Assembly: GCF_009914755.1 (NCBI RefSeq)
Contig: NC_060948.1
Length of the DNA: 64,000 bases
From: the human T2T-CHM13v2.0 reference genome, Homo sapiens
Reading direction: 5' to 3' (one strand)
Positions within the stretch are counted from its first letter, which is position 1, and every line of letters begins with the position of its first letter. Positions 56,809 through 64,000 of this stretch are shown in pieces. The notes beneath the pieces are model-generated. The model had not been told where the DNA came from, did no database searches, and saw nothing but the letters and a program-made list of their open reading frames with translations. The position numbers and the translations under genes were made by a program.

Positions 56809-58913
56809 AGATCCATATTTTTTAAATGAAAAAAAATTTCAAAGGTACTCTGCTTGGTACAATAATCAAATGTATAAACTGAGGAATAAAACATAACCAT
56901 GAAACCTACTTATAACTGCATATGGAAAATACAGAGGATAATTTTTTAAATAACATATTTTGAAAGCCTTAACTAGTAATTTGAAGAGTTGGCATTTGAA
57001 AGGCCAGTATGAATAAACCTTCAAAGCAGCAACACAGGTTCCCCATGAGAAAAAGCAAACACAGGGAAAATAAAAACACAAAGGTTCAATCTCTTCTGAC
57101 CTTTGAAAGACACAGCACAGACAGTGGTCCTTAGGACGAAGAGCAGGAGACCCCTAATTCCGTCACCATGGCGATAGGGCATAAACATTGCTGGGTGAGG
57201 GCACAATCCACATTGTGAGGTCCAACTGCTGCCAGGAAGACAGGAGTGCTTTTACATAGACCGAAAGGTCATTGAAGGCTCAGAGTTTTGTTTCAAGAAC
57301 TGAATCCCAAGCCCACACGTTATTAGGCTGCGCTTCTTAAAACAAGTTATGAGATGGGAAAAAGGGCACCCACAAACATACGTATACATTATGTATATAA
57401 TAATATACAGTATCATATATATAATATATATAACCTATGTATAATATTGTTTTACATCCTGCATCTAATGTTATATATATTGTATAAAATATAATAATTG
57501 ATAATATATAAGTTTTATAATTATACAATATGACATATAGTATATATTATAATTTATGACATATATAATATATGTTATATGTCATATATAGAATATATTA
57601 TACGGTTAATATACGTATTAAATATAAATTATACATTATATATATTATATATAATATATCTGTTATATATAATACCCATTATGCATAATATATATATTAT
57701 GTCTATGTTATATATAGTATAAAACAACATATAATAATATATAATTGTATATATAAAATGCGACATATAATATATATTATATTTTATAACATATGTAATA
57801 TATATTATATATTATATATAATACGTTGTATGTATAATACCTATATTAAATATATATTATATGACTATGTTATTAATTACATGTCACATGTGTTATATAT
57901 TATATATTTTACATAGAATATACCGGTTACATACAATATATACTATGTTACCTATAATGTATAATTTATTACAAGTAAAATAAAGAATGCAATATATTAT
58001 GTATAATTTATAATATACCATATGTGGAATGTGATATATATAACATATAATATATGATATATGATATACAGTATATGATATATAACATACAATATATGAT
58101 TCCTAATATATATGGTATACAATATATATTTTATGATATGTATTCTATATGTTTTATATTCTGTTATATATAACTATTTGAAATTATATATAACTGTATA
58201 ATATTTTATGTAAATATGTAATATAATATATATAACTATATAATATATTATATATAACTATATATTATGTTATATATACTTTTATAACATAATTTACATA
58301 AAATATCATAATATAATATATATTATATTATTTCATATTACATAATATATATTACATATCACCCAATATAACTAACATACATAATATTATAATATAGATT
58401 ATATTATGTTATATTAAATATCATATATATCATGTATCATATATTCTATAATATATATTACACATTATATAATATGTATGTTGTCTATTATGTGATATAT
58501 ATAACTATATATATAATTATATTTTTATACATATAACTAGATAAACATGTAATTCTACATATTTTCATTTATAATATGTAGAATTATAAAATCATATATA
58601 ATTATTTATATTCTATAAAAAATTTTATCATTATATAAATTATAATATATAAAAATTATAATATGTACTACAAATATATATATTATATATCATATATGAT
58701 ATAGTACCTTTGTTATATTTCATAATACATATAAATGTGTATTATGTTATCTATAATTATATAATTTCATATATAAGATGTATAATGTGTATCATATATT
58801 ATATATGTTATGTAATATATATAGTATATATAAGATGACACAGGATAAATATTATATACTATGACATATAAAATATATGAGGTTATATGTTACATATAAG
58901 GCATAGCACATAA

Positions 58914-59228
<315 letters not shown>

Positions 59229-61356
59229 AGATCCATATTTTTTAAATGAAAAAAAATTTCAAAGGTACTCTGCTTGGTACAATAATCAAATGTATAAACT
59301 GAGGAATAAAACATAACCATGAAACCTACTTATAACTGCATATGGAAAATACAGAGGATAATTTTTTAAATAACATATTTTGAAAGCCTTAACTAGTAAT
59401 TTGAAGAGCTGGCATTTGAAAGGCCAGTATGAATATACCTTCAAAGCAGCAACATAGGTTCCCCATGAGAAAAAGCAAACACAGGGAAAATAAAAACACA
59501 AAGGTTCAATCTCTTCTGACCTTTGAAAGACACAGCACAGACAGTGGTCCTTAGGACGAAGAGCAGGAGACCCCTAATTCCGTCACCATGGCGATAGGGC
59601 ATAAACATTGCTGGGTGAGGGCACAATCCACATTGTGAGGTCCAACTGCTGCCAGGAAGACAGGAGTGCTTTTACATAGACCGAAAGGTCATTGAAGGCT
59701 CAGAGTTTTCTTTCAAGAACTGAATCCCAAGCCCACACGTTATTAGGCTGCGCTTCTTAAAACAAGTTATGAGATGGGAAAAAGGGCACCCACAAACATA
59801 CGTATACATTATGTATATAATAATATACAGTATCATATATATAATATATATAACCTATGTATAATATTGTTTTACATCCTGCATCTTATGTTATATATAT
59901 TGTATAAAATATAATAATTGATAATATATAAGTTTTATAATTATACAATATGACATATAGTATATATTATAATTTATGACATATATAATATATGTTATAT
60001 GTCATATATAGAATATATTATACGGTTAATATACGTATTAAATATAAATTATACATTATATATATTATATATAATATATCTGTTATATATAATACCCATT
60101 ATGCATAATATATATATTATGTCTATGTTATATATAGTATAAAACAACATATAATAATATATAATTGTATATATAAAATGCGACATATAATATATATTAT
60201 ATTTTATAACATATGTAATATATATTATATATTATATATAATACGTTGTATGTATAATACCTATATTAAATATATATTATATGACTATGTTATTAATTAC
60301 ATGTCACATGTGTTATATATTATATATTTTACATAGAATATACCGGTTACATACAATATATACTATGTTACCTATAATGTATAATTTATTACATGTAAAA
60401 TAAAGAATGCAATATATTATGTATAATTTATAATATACCATATGTGGAATGTGATATATATAACATATAATATATGATATATGATATACAGTATATGATA
60501 TATAACATACAATATATGATTCCTAATATATATGGTATACAATATATATTTTATGATATGTATTCTATATGTTTTATATTCTGTTATATATAACTATTTG
60601 AAATTATATATAACTGTATAATATTTTATGTAAATATGTAATATAATATATATAACTATATAATATATTATATATAACTATATATTATGTTATATATACT
60701 TTTATAACATAATTTACATAAAATATCATAATATAATATATATTATATTATTTCATATTACATAATATATATTACATATCACCCAATATAACTAACATAC
60801 ATAATATTATAATATAGATTATATTATGTTATATTAAATATCATATATATCATGTATCATATATTCTATAATATATATTACACATTATATAATATGTATG
60901 TTGTCTATTATGTGATATATATAACTATATATATAATTATATTTTTATACATATAACTAGATAAACATGTAATTCTACATATTTTCATTTATAATATGTA
61001 GAATTATAAAATCATATATAATTATTTATACTCTATAAAAAATTTTATCATTATATAAATTATAATACATAAAAATTATAATAGGTACTACAAATATATA
61101 TATTATATATCATATATGATATAGTACCTTTGTTATATTTCATAATACATATAAATGTGTATTATGTTATCTATAATTATATAATTTCATATATAAGATG
61201 TATAATGTGTATCATATGTTATATATGTTATGTAATATATATAGTATATATAAGATGACACAGGATAAATATTATATACTATGACATATAAAATATATGA
61301 GGTTATATGTTACATATAAGGCATAGCACATAACATGTAATATATATCATATATAA

Positions 61357-61648
61357 TTTTTTTTTAGACAGAATCTTGTCCTGTTGCACAGGGTGGGGTA
61401 CAATGGCGCCATCTTTGCTCACTGCAACTTCTGTCTCACGGGTCCAAGCGATTGTCCTCCCTCAGCCTCCCAGGTAGCTGGGACTACACCACACTGGGAC
61501 TACACCAGCTGCCACCATGCCTAGCTAATTTTTTGGATTTTTAGTAGTGACAGCGTTTCACTGTATTGGCCAGGATGGTCTTGATCTCTTCACCTTGTGA
61601 TCCCCTTGCCTTGGCCTCCAAATTTGCTGGGATTACAGGCCTGAGCCA
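61357..61648 (-). mobile_element. Alu copy 26
   Basis: Same Alu; CTGTCTCACG variant. Confidence 0.92.
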
Positions 61649-63776
61649 AGATCCATATTTTTTAAATGAAAAAAAATTTCAAAGGTACTCTGCTTGGTAC
61701 AATAATCAAATGTATAAACTGAGGAATAAAACATAACCATGAAACCTACTTATAACTGCATATGGAAAATACAGAGGATAATTTTTTAAATAACATATTT
61801 TGAAAGCCTTAACTAGTAATTTGAAGAGTTGGCATTTGAAAGGCCAGTATGAATATACCTTCAAAGCAGCAACACAGGTTCCCCATGAGAAAAAGCAAAC
61901 ACAGGGAAAATAAAAACACAAAGGTTCAATCTCTTCTGACCTTTGAAAGACACAGCACAGACAGTGGTCCTTAGGACGAAGAGCAGGAGACCCCTAATTC
62001 CGTCACCATGGCGATAGGGCATAAACATTGCTGGGTGAGGGCACAATCCACATTGTGAGGTCCAACTGCTGCCAGGAAGACAGGAGTGCTTTTACATAGA
62101 CCGAAAGGTCATTGAAGGCTCAGAGTTTTCTTTCAAGAACTGAATCCCAAGCCCACACGTTATTAGGCTGCGCTTCTTAAAACAAGTTATGAGATGGGAA
62201 AAAGGGCACCCACAAACATACGTATACATTATGTATATAATAATATACAGTATCATATATATAATATATATAACCTATGTATAATATTGTTTTACATCCT
62301 GCATCTAATGTTATATATATTGTATAAAATATAATAATTGATAATATATAAGTTTTATAATTATACAATATGACATATAGTATATATTATAATTTATGAC
62401 ATATATAATATATGTTATATGTCATATATAGAATATATTATACGGTTAATATACGTATTAAATATAAATTATACATTATATATATTATATATAATATATC
62501 TGTTATATATAATACCCATTATGCATAATATATATATTATGTCTATGTTATATATAGTATAAAACAACATATAATAATATATAATTGTATATATAAAATG
62601 CGACATATAATATATATTATATTTTATAACATATGTAATATATATTATATATTATATATAATACGTTGTATGTATAATACCTATATTAAATATATATTAT
62701 ATGACTATGTTATTAATTACATGTCACATGTGTTATATATTATATATTTTACATAGAATATACCGGTTACATACAATATATACTATGTTACCTATAATGT
62801 ATAATTTATTACATGTAAAATAAAGAATGCAATATATTATTTATAATTTATAATATACCATATGTGGAATGTGATATATATAACATATAATATATGATAT
62901 ATGATATACAGTATATGATATATAACATACAATATATGATTCCTAATATATATGGTATACAATATATATTTTATGATATGTATTCTATATGTTTTATATT
63001 CTGTTATATATAACTATTTGAAATTATATATAACTGTATAATATTTTATGTAAATATGTAATATAATATATATAACTATATAATATATTATATATAACTA
63101 TATATTATGTTATATATACTTTTATAACATAATTTACATAAAATATCATAATATAATATATATTATATTATTTCATATTACATAATATATATTACATATC
63201 ACCCAATATAACTAACATACATAATATTATAATATAGATTATATTATGTTATATTAAATATCATATATATCATGTATCATATATTCTATAATATATATTA
63301 CACATTATATAATATGTATGTTGTCTATTATGTGATATATATAACTATATATATAATTATATTTTTATACATATAACTAGATAAACATGTAATTCTACAT
63401 ATTTTCATTTATAATATGTAGAATTATAAAATCATATATAATTATTTATATTCTATAAAAAATTTTATCATTATATAAATTATAATATATAAAAATTATA
63501 ATAGGTACTACAAATATATATATTATATATCATATATGATATAGTACCTTTGTTATATTTCATAATACATATAAATGTGTATTATGTTATCTATAATTAT
63601 ATAATTTCATATATAAGATGTATAATGTGTATCATATATTATATATGTTATGTAATATATATAGTATATATAAGATGACACAGGATAAATATTATATACT
63701 ATGACATATAAAATATATGAGGTTATATGTTACATATAAGGCATAGCACATAACATGTAATATATATCATATATAA

Positions 63777-64000
63777 TTTTTTTTTAGACAGAATCTTGTC
63801 CTGTTGCACAGGGTGGGGTACAATGGCGCCATCTTTGCTCACTGCAACTTCTGTCTCACGGGTCCAAGCGATTGTCCTCCCTCAGCCTCCCAGGTAGCTG
63901 GGACTACACCACACTGGGACTACACCAGCTGCCACCATGCCTAGCTAATTTTTTGGATTTTTAGTAGTGACAGCGTTTCACTGTATTGGCCAGGATGGTC
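63777..64000 (-). mobile_element. Alu copy 27 (cut by window end)
   Basis: Same Alu; CTGTCTCACG variant; runs off the window. Confidence 0.9.

Overview
The whole 64-kb window is one uninterrupted, head-to-tail tandem array of about 26.5 copies of a 2,413-2,420 bp unit (mostly exactly 2,420 bp). Each unit has three parts: a degenerate AT-rich simple-sequence block of about 1.55 kb, a diverged minus-strand Alu of about 290 bp carrying an internal 14-bp duplication, and a non-Alu HSATI-type segment of about 570 bp. Unit length, composition and the predicted 2,146-bp HaeIII fragment match the human DYZ2/HSat1B satellite, so the window most likely comes from Yq12 heterochromatin; related HSat1B copies on acrocentric short arms cannot be excluded from sequence alone. 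All listed ORFs are repeated by-products of the satellite, and I find no credible genes, RNA genes or novel gene system. The informative signal is in the unit-to-unit variants, which record local expansions: a 3-copy and a 4-copy monomer amplification, a duplication at 5-unit (12,099 bp) offset, a duplicated dimer (4,840 bp), mosaic units and a preserved mutational intermediate.
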